Origin: Candidatus Bathyarchaeia archaeon
GTDB lineage: Archaea; Thermoproteota; Bathyarchaeia; TCS64
Length of the DNA stretch: 64,000 nt
Reading direction: 5' to 3'
NCBI GenBank assembly: GCA_050014495.1
Contig: JBEKDF010000004.1
Location: 43,939-107,938 of the forward strand
Under the pieces are notes generated by a model that saw nothing but the letters and a program-made list of their open reading frames with translations, had not been told where the DNA came from and ran no database searches. The translations under genes and the position numbers were made by a program. Positions 38,777 through 48,546 of this stretch are shown here, one piece after another; within the stretch, counting starts at the first letter, position 1; each line of letters begins with the position of its first letter.

Positions 38777-39708
38777 ATATCAAAAGCTAAGAATAATGCT
38801 CTTTTAGCGATTGGAAACACACCTCTAGTGAAACTAGGCAAAATCAAGGGTGACATACCCGCAAATGTCTACATAAAACTAGAGTTCTACAACCCAACCG
38901 GAAGCTACAAAGACAGAATGGCTCTCGCAATGATTGAGGGAGCGGAGAGAGACGGACTCCTGAGGAAGGGAGACACGGTCATCGAATATACCGGCGGAAG
39001 CACAGGTTCCTCACTGGCCTTCGTCTGCACGGTGAAGGGCTACAAGATAAAAATCGTGACATCCGATGCCTTCTCTGAGGAAAAGATAAACACGATGCGG
39101 GCCTTTGGCACTGGCTGACCATAGTACCCAGCGTAGGTGGCAAGACCACTCCCGATCTGATACCTAAAATGATGAAAGTCGCTGGGGAAATGGGTAAAGA
39201 GCCTCACACATACCAGACAAATCAGTTTTACAACAAGCATATGCTGAAGGGCTACAATGAGTTGGGGACTGAAATCCTAGATCAACTTGATGGCAAAGTT
39301 GACGCCTTCGTTGCCTCTTTTGGAACCGCTGGTTGTGCGATGGGCGTGGCTGAGGTTCTGAAGGCAAGGAGCAAGGGTATCGGAGTTTATCTTGTGGAGC
39401 CAGCGGAATCACCCACAGTATCAAGAGGAATCCAGGGGACACATGGCATAGAGGGCATAGGAGCCGGGTTTGTTCCACCACTCCTCAGGAAGGAGCTCTA
39501 TGATGATATCTTAACGGTGTCGACAGAGAAATCGAATGAGATGGCCAGGAGACTTGCAAGGGAGGAAGGAATATTCTCCGGTTCGTCTACGGGGGCTAAC
39601 GTCGTGGCTTCTCTCGAGGTTGCGAGGAAGTTAGGTGCAGGGAAAAACGTGGTGACGGTTGCTGTGGACAGCGGGCTCAAGTACCTTTCTACGGAAGTAT
39701 ACCGGTGA
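38777..39708 (+). pseudogene. Frameshifted cysteine synthase family (PLP) gene
   Basis: IGNTPLV, KLEFYNPTGSYKDR, GTAG, HGIEGIG. One base is missing near 39113 (AFG-x / LTIVPS), and the probable start codon reads ATA at 38777. Confidence 0.85.
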
Positions 39709-39829
39709 AGATTCGGATATCTTTAGACGGTTAGGGTTTTAATCGTCTTTCAACTCATCGAGTTAGCTCGTGTAGTTGACATCCTATCCTTAATAGGAAG
39801 AGGGCTCGTCAGATTGCAAGTAGTTCGCT

Positions 39830-40714
39830 TTGAAGAATCTTAGGAACCTGGTGCTGCTGCTCATCGTCGTGTTCATCTGGGGTGCTAATTGGGCGAATAT
39901 GAAGATCGGTCTGCAGTACGTCACTCCCATGAATTATCTTTGGCAGAGGCTGTTCTTCTCGACATTGATGATTGCGCCGTTCCTCCTCCTGGCGAGGGGT
40001 GGTATGAAGAGGGAGCCAAGGGTTCTGGGGATAGTGGTGGTCTCGGCCTCGGCGTGGGTCATAAGCAACATCTTCATGATGTACGCCCTCGGGTCGACCA
40101 GTTCGGGTATCAGCGCCATCCTCACGTACACTCAGCCTCTCTTCGTCTTCGGTATGTCCGCGCTGCTGCTGAGGGGTGAGGTGACTGTTCTTAAGGTGGG
40201 GAGTTCGGTGTTCGGTTTCATTGGGATCGCCGTTATTTACTTGAATAGTCTCGGTGGTGGCCTCGGCTCGGCTCAGGCTGTGATCTATCTGCTTGTGGCT
40301 GCTTTTCTCTGGGCGGCGTCCATCGTGGGGTATAAGATGGTTTCAGGTGAGGTTCACCCGTATTGGTTCAGCTTCGTCGAGGTGGCGATCGGCTCCGTGC
40401 TGGTTTTGCCGTTCGCCCTCGCATCGGGTGGTTTGGTTGTGCCCCTTGAGCCTGGTTATCTCCTCTCGATTGGGTATCTTGCTGTTCTCTCGACGGTTGT
40501 CGCGTTCTTCATCTGGTTCAGACTGCTGCAGAATGAGGATGCTGTTACGGTTTCGACCTCGAGTCTCCTCGTCCCGATCATCGCGTTTGCCGTCGGCGCC
40601 GTGACGCTTGGGGAGGTGCTGAGTTTGAATGAGGTTGTCGGGGTGGTGATGGTTCTGATCTCAGTCTACTTCGTCAACTACTCGCCCTTTAAAGGCCCAA
40701 CTAACAAACCCTAA
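39830..40714 (+). CDS. EamA/DMT family transporter
   Basis: IWGANW, LTYTQPLFV, about 10 TMs, LGEVLS. Confidence 0.9.
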   Translation: MKNLRNLVLLLIVVFIWGANWANMKIGLQYVTPMNYLWQRLFFSTLMIAPFLLLARGGMKREPRVLGIVVVSASAWVISNIFMMYALGSTSSGISAILTYTQPLFVFGMSALLLRGEVTVLKVGSSVFGFIGIAVIYLNSLGGGLGSAQAVIYLLVAAFLWAASIVGYKMVSGEVHPYWFSFVEVAIGSVLVLPFALASGGLVVPLEPGYLLSIGYLAVLSTVVAFFIWFRLLQNEDAVTVSTSSLLVPIIAFAVGAVTLGEVLSLNEVVGVVMVLISVYFVNYSPFKGPTNKP

Positions 40715-40854
40715 GGTGATTCTGTGGTTCAGCAGTCTAGTTAATGCGTGTGGCGCGCATTATTATTTGTCGTAAACTGGTCTTTGTCATACGGGTCATG
40801 ACTCCATAATCGATTTACTGTTTTATTCGCCATTCAGTTTGGCCAGTGTTTACC

Positions 40855-41316
40855 ATGAGTGTGAAGGTGGAGGACGTCATGCACGCGAATGTCGTCACCA
40901 TCGACGGTAAGTATACGGCGAGGCAGGCGGCGAAGATTATGGATTATCGTGGCGTTAGCAGCCTCGTCGTTATGTCTGATAAGAAGGTTTCAGGTATTGT
41001 CACCGAGAAGGATCTCTGTACGAGGGTCGTCGCGAAGGGTGGGGACCCTGAGCGCGTGAAAGTAGAGGAGATAATGACTCAGCCCGTCATCTTCGTAAGG
41101 CCTGATTCGCTGCTTGAGGGCGCGATTCAGGTCATGCTGATTCAGGGGATCAAGAAGTTACCGGTGCTTGGCGGTGAGTTTGGGGAGGAACTCGTCGGCA
41201 TACTGTCGCTGACGGATGTCGCAATGTTGTACCCTGCGGTGTATGCGACTATGAAGCAGTTGCAGGAGAGTCAGCCGCTACCCGTGGAGAAAGGCGAGGA
41301 CTTCTACATTAGTTAG
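40855..41316 (+). CDS. CBS-domain pair protein
   Basis: KVEDVM, GIVTEKDL, IKKLPVL, GILSLTDV. Confidence 0.92.
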   Translation: MSVKVEDVMHANVVTIDGKYTARQAAKIMDYRGVSSLVVMSDKKVSGIVTEKDLCTRVVAKGGDPERVKVEEIMTQPVIFVRPDSLLEGAIQVMLIQGIKKLPVLGGEFGEELVGILSLTDVAMLYPAVYATMKQLQESQPLPVEKGEDFYIS

Positions 41317-41508
41317 TCGTTCATCCTTCCACACGCGTGAATTGAAATAAAAATAAAAAAGCTTTAAATTAATACATATTATCCCAATTAACCACTCAAT
41401 AAAATTTGCAGAATACAAGGTTATACGGCTCTAACTTCAAAAAAATTAAATAAATATCAGGGATCCACAACCCTTTTTTAAAATAAAAAGGCTTCAAAAT
41501 ACACAAAT

Positions 41509-43815
41509 TTGTGGATAGTCACTAGAAGAAGAGCCGTCATTACGACGACACAAGCATTGATCATAATCCTAGCCGCATTTATGGTCGGAGTAGGCGTTAG
41601 CCTAAGTGGCGTCCTCACAACAAACAACGCGGGAAATAGAGTTGGGGGGACAACACAGCAAAACACAAGCGTTAACGTGACCAATCCACAGCAAACGATC
41701 CCTACCCAGAACACGACTTTACCAAATAAAACAAACACGTCAAACTCCACAACCCAGAAACCGGCTAATAATAAACAGACGATAAACTACACGCTGACGG
41801 TCGAGGCACCGGATGGGAAAGGCACCCAAAACCTAGAAGAGGGCATTCACTACTACCCGGCGAACAGTACGGTTCAGGTATACGCAAACTCTTCGCTTGG
41901 CTGGGAGTTCACATACTGGACACTTGATAACCAGAAGGAGGTCGGGAACCCGATCACAGTCACGATGAATGCACCGCATACCCTTAAGGCGATGTTCACG
42001 GAGACCCGATACAACCTCACGATCACCATTGAAGGGTCAGGAACAACAGACCCGGTCCCTGGAATACACTCCTACGCCAAAGGAGCTGACGTGACGGTAA
42101 ACGCGACGGCGGCTGAGGGATGGCAATTCAAATGTTGGACACAGAATAGCGAGAACACCACTACAAATCCAATAAAGATAAGCGTAAACCGAGACACCGA
42201 GCTGAAGGCCACATTCATAGAAACCTCGGCGCAACCCGCTCCAGTGCCACCGATGCCCACCCCCTCCTCGAACTACACACTCACAGTGAACACCGTGGGC
42301 CAGGGCAGCGTAGCCAGGAACCCAAGCAAAGCATCCTACTCAACAGGTGAAAGCATCCAACTCACCGCAACGCCGGCTACTGGCTACACATTCACGGGGT
42401 GGAGCGGCGACGCCTCCGGCTCAAGCAACCCGCTGACCGTGTCGATAACCGGGAATATGATAATCACAGCAACATTCGACCTTACCCAATACACGGTGAC
42501 CTCCTCGGCTGGCTCCGGTGGCTCCATCTCGCCCCTGGGCGCCACTCAGGTGACTCAGGGCTCCACTCAGGCATTCACCATCACAGCGAACACCGGGTAC
42601 TTGGTGTCTAGCGTCGTTGTTGATGGGTTTTCAGTCGGGGTCGTGTCCAGTTATACCTTCAGCAATGTTCAGGCTGACCATACGATAGCGGCCACCTTCG
42701 CCCAGATCCAGTACACGGTCACCGTGAACACCTCCGGCCAGGGGACGGTGGCCAAGAGCCCGAGCCAGTCGACCTACCACTACGGGGACTCGGTTCAGCT
42801 TCAGGCTACTCCCTCCGCTGGCTGGGTCTTTTCAGCATGGAGCGGAGCCTTGACGGGCTCGGTTAACCCCTCCACTTTGACGGTGAACGGGAACATGGAT
42901 GTCACGGCCAGCTTCACGCTGACCCAATTCACCATTACTTCCTCAGCGGGTTCAGGTGGCTCCATCTCCCCAAGCGGGGGCGTGGTCGTCAGCTACGGTT
43001 CGAGTCAGGCATTCACCATCTCTCCCAGCACCGGGTACCAGGTTTCGGATGTGCTTGTTGACGGCGTCTCGGTGGGGGCGGTGTCTAGCTACACCTTCAG
43101 CGGCGTGCAGGTCGACCATACCCTCTCCGCCACATTCGCCCCGATCCAGTTCACAATCACGGCCTCAGCGGGCTCGGGTGGCTCAATCTCACCCAGCGGT
43201 AGTTTAGTCGTTAACTACGGTGGCAGCCAGAGCTACACGATCACTGCGAACACGGGTTACTCAGTGTCCAGTGTCGATGTAGATGGGTCGTCTGTTGGTG
43301 CGGTGACGAGCTACCAGTTCAGCAATGTTCAGGACAACCACACGATAACGGCCAGCTTCGCGCTGCTGGCCCAGTTCACCATCACCTCCTCAGCTGGCTC
43401 AGGTGGCTCGATCTCGCCCCTGGGCGCCACTCAGGTGACTCAGGGTGGGAGCCAGGTCTACACGATTTCTCCCAGCACCGGGTACCAGGTTTCGGATGTG
43501 CTTGTTGACGGCGTCTCGGTGGAGGCGGTGTCTAGCTACACATTCAGCAGCGTTCAGGATAACCACACCATAGTGGCCAGCTTTACCCAGACAGTTTGCA
43601 CGCTCTCCATCATGGTCAGTCCGACGGATGGGGGCACCGTGTCAACCAGCATATCTCCTCCGTATCACTACGGGGACGTGGTAACACTCACGGAGTCCCC
43701 CGGCGCTGACTACACGTTCTCATCGTGGTCAGGTGACGGCTTGGGGACAGACACGACTTGCACAATCACCATCATGGGAAACATGGCCGTGACCGCCACA
43801 TTCACGTTAAATTAA
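41509..43815 (+). CDS. Membrane-anchored surface protein made of tandem divergent InlB-B-repeat/Ig-like domains
   Basis: N-terminal TM, T/N/Q-rich linker, about nine 70-75-aa repeats (YTLTV...G.G.V...GY.F..WSGD; ITSSAGSGGSISP...VDG..VG..SSYTFS.V..DHTI.A.F). Confidence 0.85.
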   Translation: MWIVTRRRAVITTTQALIIILAAFMVGVGVSLSGVLTTNNAGNRVGGTTQQNTSVNVTNPQQTIPTQNTTLPNKTNTSNSTTQKPANNKQTINYTLTVEAPDGKGTQNLEEGIHYYPANSTVQVYANSSLGWEFTYWTLDNQKEVGNPITVTMNAPHTLKAMFTETRYNLTITIEGSGTTDPVPGIHSYAKGADVTVNATAAEGWQFKCWTQNSENTTTNPIKISVNRDTELKATFIETSAQPAPVPPMPTPSSNYTLTVNTVGQGSVARNPSKASYSTGESIQLTATPATGYTFTGWSGDASGSSNPLTVSITGNMIITATFDLTQYTVTSSAGSGGSISPLGATQVTQGSTQAFTITANTGYLVSSVVVDGFSVGVVSSYTFSNVQADHTIAATFAQIQYTVTVNTSGQGTVAKSPSQSTYHYGDSVQLQATPSAGWVFSAWSGALTGSVNPSTLTVNGNMDVTASFTLTQFTITSSAGSGGSISPSGGVVVSYGSSQAFTISPSTGYQVSDVLVDGVSVGAVSSYTFSGVQVDHTLSATFAPIQFTITASAGSGGSISPSGSLVVNYGGSQSYTITANTGYSVSSVDVDGSSVGAVTSYQFSNVQDNHTITASFALLAQFTITSSAGSGGSISPLGATQVTQGGSQVYTISPSTGYQVSDVLVDGVSVEAVSSYTFSSVQDNHTIVASFTQTVCTLSIMVSPTDGGTVSTSISPPYHYGDVVTLTESPGADYTFSSWSGDGLGTDTTCTITIMGNMAVTATFTLN

Positions 43816-44063
43816 TGGTAAGCTGCCGATTCATACCCCTTGCTCAAACATCCTAGACTCCTACAATAATGTGGTCCACTTGATGCCTCTGATGGTGGCG
43901 GTTGGTGCGGCGGGTGTTGATGCTCCTGGGGTGAAGATACATGGCAGCTGGACCTGGGAATGGGCGCCTACGAGTTGAAATGACCATATATTTTGCATGA
44001 CGCGCGCTTCAGAGGTGGGTAGTTGATAAGCGAGATAAATGAAAACACTCTTGATCAACTCGT

Positions 44064-45830
44064 ATGGTTCTAAGCGAATTCGAGAAGCAGGCACTCACCC
44101 AAGTATCCAAAGAAAGGAGCTGGGAACACGTACAATGGTTCGCCCGCACCGGGCAGAAACTATCAGGTACACTGGAAAACGAGAGAGCCGTCGACTACGT
44201 CCTAGAGACCCTGAAGAAAATAGGGATCAGGGCACAGGCACCCGAGTATCAGTCGTGGCTCGACTTCCCAAAACTATTCGACGCTGAGCTCAGAGTGACC
44301 TCACCAGTTGATCTACACATCGAGGCAATGCCACTAGCCCAGATGGCACCAACGGGATCTGATGGAGTTGAGGGGGAGCTAGTCTACGTGGGTGGAGGAG
44401 GCCTCGCTGACTATGAGGAGAAGAATGTACGGGGAAAAATAGTCCTGGTCGAATTTGAAAAGGCCCCCGCTAGGCCCTGGAAGAACTACATCGCGGGGGT
44501 CCTCAAGGGTGCCGCGGGCCTCATAGTGATCAGCTACAGCGCACCTAAGAGGGTCTTCAACAGGGGCACCGTCAAATCTGTCTGGGGGAACCCGACGCCT
44601 GAGAACATAGATGAGATCGGCAGGATACCCGCACTCCTAATCACCTCGGAGGACGGGGTGAGACTTGAGGAGATGCTAGCGAGGGGACCCGTCAGGGTTT
44701 GGATGCGGGGTGATAGTGAGAGGGGCTGGGCTCGAACTAGGCAGCCAATGGCCTCGATTCCAGGTCAGGAGGAGGGTTTTGTCCTGTTGGGGAGCCACAT
44801 GGATGCCTGGGCTAGCGCGGGAAGCTGCAACGCTGTGGGCTGCGCATGTACCCTCGAGCTCGCAAGGGTTCTATCCAGCATCAAGCCTCTTAGGAGATGC
44901 GTAGAGTTCCTCTGGTTCCAGGGTCACGAGACGGGGATCATGACTGGCTCAACATGGTACCTAGACACTCATTGGGACAGGATCCAGAGGAACTGCATCG
45001 CTTACCTGAACGATGATACCCCCTGCATGGTTGGTACAACCGTCTACTCGGTGGATGCGGATCCAGTGTACCACGATTTCATGGAGTCAACAATAAAGGA
45101 GCTCGCCGAATACGAGGGCGCGCCCTTCAAGAGAATAGATGGATACACACCATGGAAGGCGGGAGACCAATCTTTCCTAGGAGTCGGGGTCCCCTCAGCG
45201 AGGGTCCTCACAGTCACGCCACCGGGAGAGGAGGAGAAGCCGGGGGGATGGTGGTACCACAGCGACCACGATACCATCGATAAGTGCGACCCTGAGACCC
45301 TCTACATGGCTAACAAGGCGCACCTCCTCGTCATACTCCGACTCTGCACACTGCCCATCATACCCTACAGCATCACCCCTGTGGCGGACTGGACTCTGGC
45401 GGCTTTGAATGACTTACAGAACAGGGCCAAGGGAACTATTGACCTCACGAGCCTGATAGAGAGGGGGAAAGACTTCAGGACAGTGGCCCGGCGGTTCGAC
45501 GCTCTCACATCTGAAATTGCTGAGACCATCAAAAGCGTTGGGGCTGCGAAGAAGGATGAGGGTAGAATAGCCGTGACGAATCGGGTCATGGTTAAGATCT
45601 GTCGGACGCTCAACCCCATCAACTACACGCTCAGTGGCAGGTACGGGCAGGACCACTATGGTGCAGAGTACATCAAACCGATACCCGTCCTACAACCGTT
45701 GTCGGAGTTAGCCAAGCTAAACCCGGATACGAGCCAATACAAGGCTCTGAGGACCAAGTTGGTCAGGGAGAGAAACCGCGTAGCGGACGCACTAGAGGAA
45801 GCCCAGTGGCTTGCTGAGCATGTATTATGA
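44064..45830 (+). CDS. M28-family peptidase-like protein with PA domain
   Basis: VEGELVYVG, NVRGKIVLV, GSHMDAW, GHETG, YLNDD, WYHSDHDTIDK. Confidence 0.85.
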   Translation: MVLSEFEKQALTQVSKERSWEHVQWFARTGQKLSGTLENERAVDYVLETLKKIGIRAQAPEYQSWLDFPKLFDAELRVTSPVDLHIEAMPLAQMAPTGSDGVEGELVYVGGGGLADYEEKNVRGKIVLVEFEKAPARPWKNYIAGVLKGAAGLIVISYSAPKRVFNRGTVKSVWGNPTPENIDEIGRIPALLITSEDGVRLEEMLARGPVRVWMRGDSERGWARTRQPMASIPGQEEGFVLLGSHMDAWASAGSCNAVGCACTLELARVLSSIKPLRRCVEFLWFQGHETGIMTGSTWYLDTHWDRIQRNCIAYLNDDTPCMVGTTVYSVDADPVYHDFMESTIKELAEYEGAPFKRIDGYTPWKAGDQSFLGVGVPSARVLTVTPPGEEEKPGGWWYHSDHDTIDKCDPETLYMANKAHLLVILRLCTLPIIPYSITPVADWTLAALNDLQNRAKGTIDLTSLIERGKDFRTVARRFDALTSEIAETIKSVGAAKKDEGRIAVTNRVMVKICRTLNPINYTLSGRYGQDHYGAEYIKPIPVLQPLSELAKLNPDTSQYKALRTKLVRERNRVADALEEAQWLAEHVL

Positions 45831-46067
45831 AAAGAGAATGATGCGCGCTTGGGATTAAGCGTGCGTCTGCAGCTTTCCTCCTGAATGAGGACCCGTGCGT
45901 GCATACGATGATTTAAAGAATCGATTGACTGAGGTAGAGTTGTGGTCCGATGGCTAGGTTTTTGAGGTATAAGGTTGTCGGCGCGCGCGCAATCCGCGGT
46001 TACCTTTTTTCGTCGAATAGGTTTACGAGTCGATAGTCTAATGATTTAACTTAACGTGGGTTAAGAT

Positions 46068-46856
46068 ATGGCTATGGATAAGCGGCTCGTACTGTTCCTG
46101 CTGAGCTGCGTGCTCGTCTCAAGCTTCCTAGGGTACGCGGCGGGGTACCTCGCGCTCAGGCCGAGTGTGGCTTCTCTGACCTCTGAGCTCTCTGATTCGA
46201 AGTCGAGCCTCGCGGCTGCCCAGGCGGAGGCGGCGGCGAAGAGCTTGGAGGCGGCTAAGCTGAATGATACTGTAGCCGCCCAGTCGGCCCAGATAGCTGA
46301 TATATCGAAGCAGTTCGCAGACTATAGGCAGACGGTGTCCGGTGGGGCGAACTCCACGATCTCGAAGCTGACGGCGCAGCTCCTCAACGCCACGGAGACG
46401 CTGAGGGTCGTGAGGTCTCAGCTGACTGCGATGGAGACGAGGAACATCACCCTGGTCGCGAATGGCTCCGGGCTCGTGAAGGACAGCGGCCTAGACGTCG
46501 ATACCAACAGGACCCTGATCCTGAGCCTGGGGTGGACGAGGGCGGGGGGTTGGAGTGGCTACGGGTTCTACACGGTCGTCGCGTCCAAGAACGTCACCTC
46601 GATAGGCTTGGAGGCTGGCTACGTGTACCTGTTGGAGGTGATGAGGTTTGACAACGTCACGTTGGTGGGTAGTCAGCTGGACGCGAGGGGGTTCGTCTAC
46701 CAGTCCGATAGGGCGAACCTCATCATCGGGGGGGACGTCCAGGTGCTCTGCACCCCGAACTCGAGTGGCGGAGACGATGTGGTTGTCAACTGGCCTTCCC
46801 TGGACACCAGCGTGTCAATGAGCGGTGTCCTCGCGGTGAATACAGGTCCACCTTAG
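46068..46856 (+). CDS. Membrane-anchored coiled-coil protein with C-terminal beta domain
   Basis: N-terminal TM followed by a heptad-rich segment. Confidence 0.7.
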   Translation: MAMDKRLVLFLLSCVLVSSFLGYAAGYLALRPSVASLTSELSDSKSSLAAAQAEAAAKSLEAAKLNDTVAAQSAQIADISKQFADYRQTVSGGANSTISKLTAQLLNATETLRVVRSQLTAMETRNITLVANGSGLVKDSGLDVDTNRTLILSLGWTRAGGWSGYGFYTVVASKNVTSIGLEAGYVYLLEVMRFDNVTLVGSQLDARGFVYQSDRANLIIGGDVQVLCTPNSSGGDDVVVNWPSLDTSVSMSGVLAVNTGPP

Positions 46857-46931
46857 AATAGCCCGAACTCAATGGAGCGTTGATTCGGATACTGTTCAGT
46901 CTTTTGTCACGGCTGCTTGGAGGAGTAGCTA

Positions 46932-47246
46932 GTGGGCTCATACCACGATATAGTGTGCCCAGAGCACAAAGCGGTCTTGCGACTCTGGAAAGTTGATGAA
47001 TTATGGAGCGAACTTAACGGTTTGATTGATGAAGGCAAGACAACTGAAGAGTCCGCTGAACCTTTTGGACGGCATTTTATTGTTATTTCGCCCTCTATCT
47101 TTAAAACGGTTATTGAGTTTGTGCCAACAGATACAACAAAACAATAGCTCGAAAAGTATAAGGCATGTAAACTGTTTTTCATTGATTCTGAGTACGCTGA
47201 TACATTCAATTATTATGAGAGCTTTGAGAAAACGGATGGTTATTAG
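46932..47246 (+). pseudogene. Hypothetical gene with one in-frame TAG
   Basis: The frame continues past TAG at 47145-47147 as LEKYKACKLFFIDSEYADTFNYYESFEKTDGY*. Confidence 0.5.
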
Positions 47247-47280
47247 TTTACTCCCTTTTTAAAAAAAGCTTTTATGGTAA

Positions 47281-48033
47281 ATGACAAATAAGAAAAAACA
47301 CGGCAATTCTAACGGATGAGGAAAAGCAAGGGATACGCGCAAGAGCCAATATAATTGTTGGTAACAATGAGAGTTTAAAAAATAAGGAAATTGAATTACA
47401 AGCAGCATTGCGAATAATAGAGAAACTGCTAGGAATAAACTGGTATAGCAAGGCCTGGGAAAACAATTCTACATTTCGCGCGCGCGAACGATAAACATCC
47501 CAAAACTTCCAGAGAAATCAACAGTCGTCCAATACTCCGAAGAGACTTACCAAATGCGTGACTCTTATCCCATAGATGTCAATATAATGTCTAAAATCTG
47601 GGCGAGAGAGATTGATTTACCAGTCTCTAACTATAGGCGAGTAGTGATTTATTCACCATTTATGGCAACTAAATCTCAAAGCGTCTTGCACTCCATTGAG
47701 GACGCAAGTAATCAACTTCTGAAATCAAGCGGGTATGGTATTGTGGCGATTGACATATCAGACATCTTGCGTACTAAAGAAGATGAAGAAAAAATTCAAA
47801 AAGAGCTTTCTGAGGTTGTCAACTGTTTATCTGAGCGGTTTGAGAGTATGCCTCATGTTAGTGCGATATTGTTCTTTTTTACACAAAGAATCATGAAAGA
47901 TGAACATATTAAGCTATTCACTAAGATTTTAATGTGTTCAAATCTTTTAGCAACCCACAGATTACCTCCTGATATGAAGGAAGCTTTGAAGAAGGGCGGA
48001 GAGATTGGTTATAAGTCCTTGCTTGACGAATAA
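47281..48033 (+). pseudogene. Broken gene: N-terminal fragment joined out of frame at (CG)5 to a C-terminal fragment resembling a PD-(D/E)XK nuclease tail
   Basis: ...RIIEKLLGINWYSKAWENNSTF | CGCGCGCGCG | INIPKLPEKSTVVQYSEETYQMRD...IEDASNQL...GIVAIDIS. Confidence 0.5.
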
Positions 48034-48465
48034 TATTTTCTTGTCGCTTCTAGACGTTTACGTGTCCTTTGATTGTTTTCTCCCATTCAGATTGTGTTAG
48101 TACACCTTTCTTTTCCAGTAGTTCTACAAGGCGCGCGCGCATTGGGGTTATAAGGACTCATCATTTTCTTCTTGGTTTTCGTCTTGTATACGCACTTATT
48201 GTAACAACCCGTCTTTCCCCGCCTTTTTTACGCCTTTTATAAGAACTGATTTTTTTCGGCATTGGTTAACCAATTTACTAATTATATAAGCCATTATTTA
48301 GCTTTGTTCTGTGTTTCATTTCCAAAAATGGCCCATTTTAATTTTATAAAGCTATAATAGCTATATTATGATAAGATATGTTGTATAACAGAATGATTTA
48401 GAGTAATAGCTATTTAAAATACATAACTACTTTACATAAACCTATTATTAATGTATGCATAATAA

Positions 48466-48546
48466 CAAACACGCGGATAAGTCCTGTCCGAAGCAATGAA
48501 ACCCGTGGATGCGGTGTGGGAGTGTGTAGGACAGGCACGCAACTAT
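48466..48546 (-). ncRNA. Candidate structured RNA immediately 3' of the DUF3800 gene
   Basis: CCTGTCC (48483-48489) pairs with GGACAGG (48529-48535) around an inner stem. It is a GC-rich islet in AT-rich DNA, and DUF3800-associated RNA motifs are a described class. Confidence 0.5.

Noticed and set aside
39100..39170. Programmed frameshift in cysteine synthase
   Set aside because: No slippery sequence, and the start codon also appears mutated.
47145..47147. In-frame TAG as pyrrolysine or recoding (also TGA in the 9.2-kb and 22.2-kb remnants as selenocysteine)
   Set aside because: All lie in otherwise decayed genes; no pyl/sel genes or SECIS-like evidence in the window.
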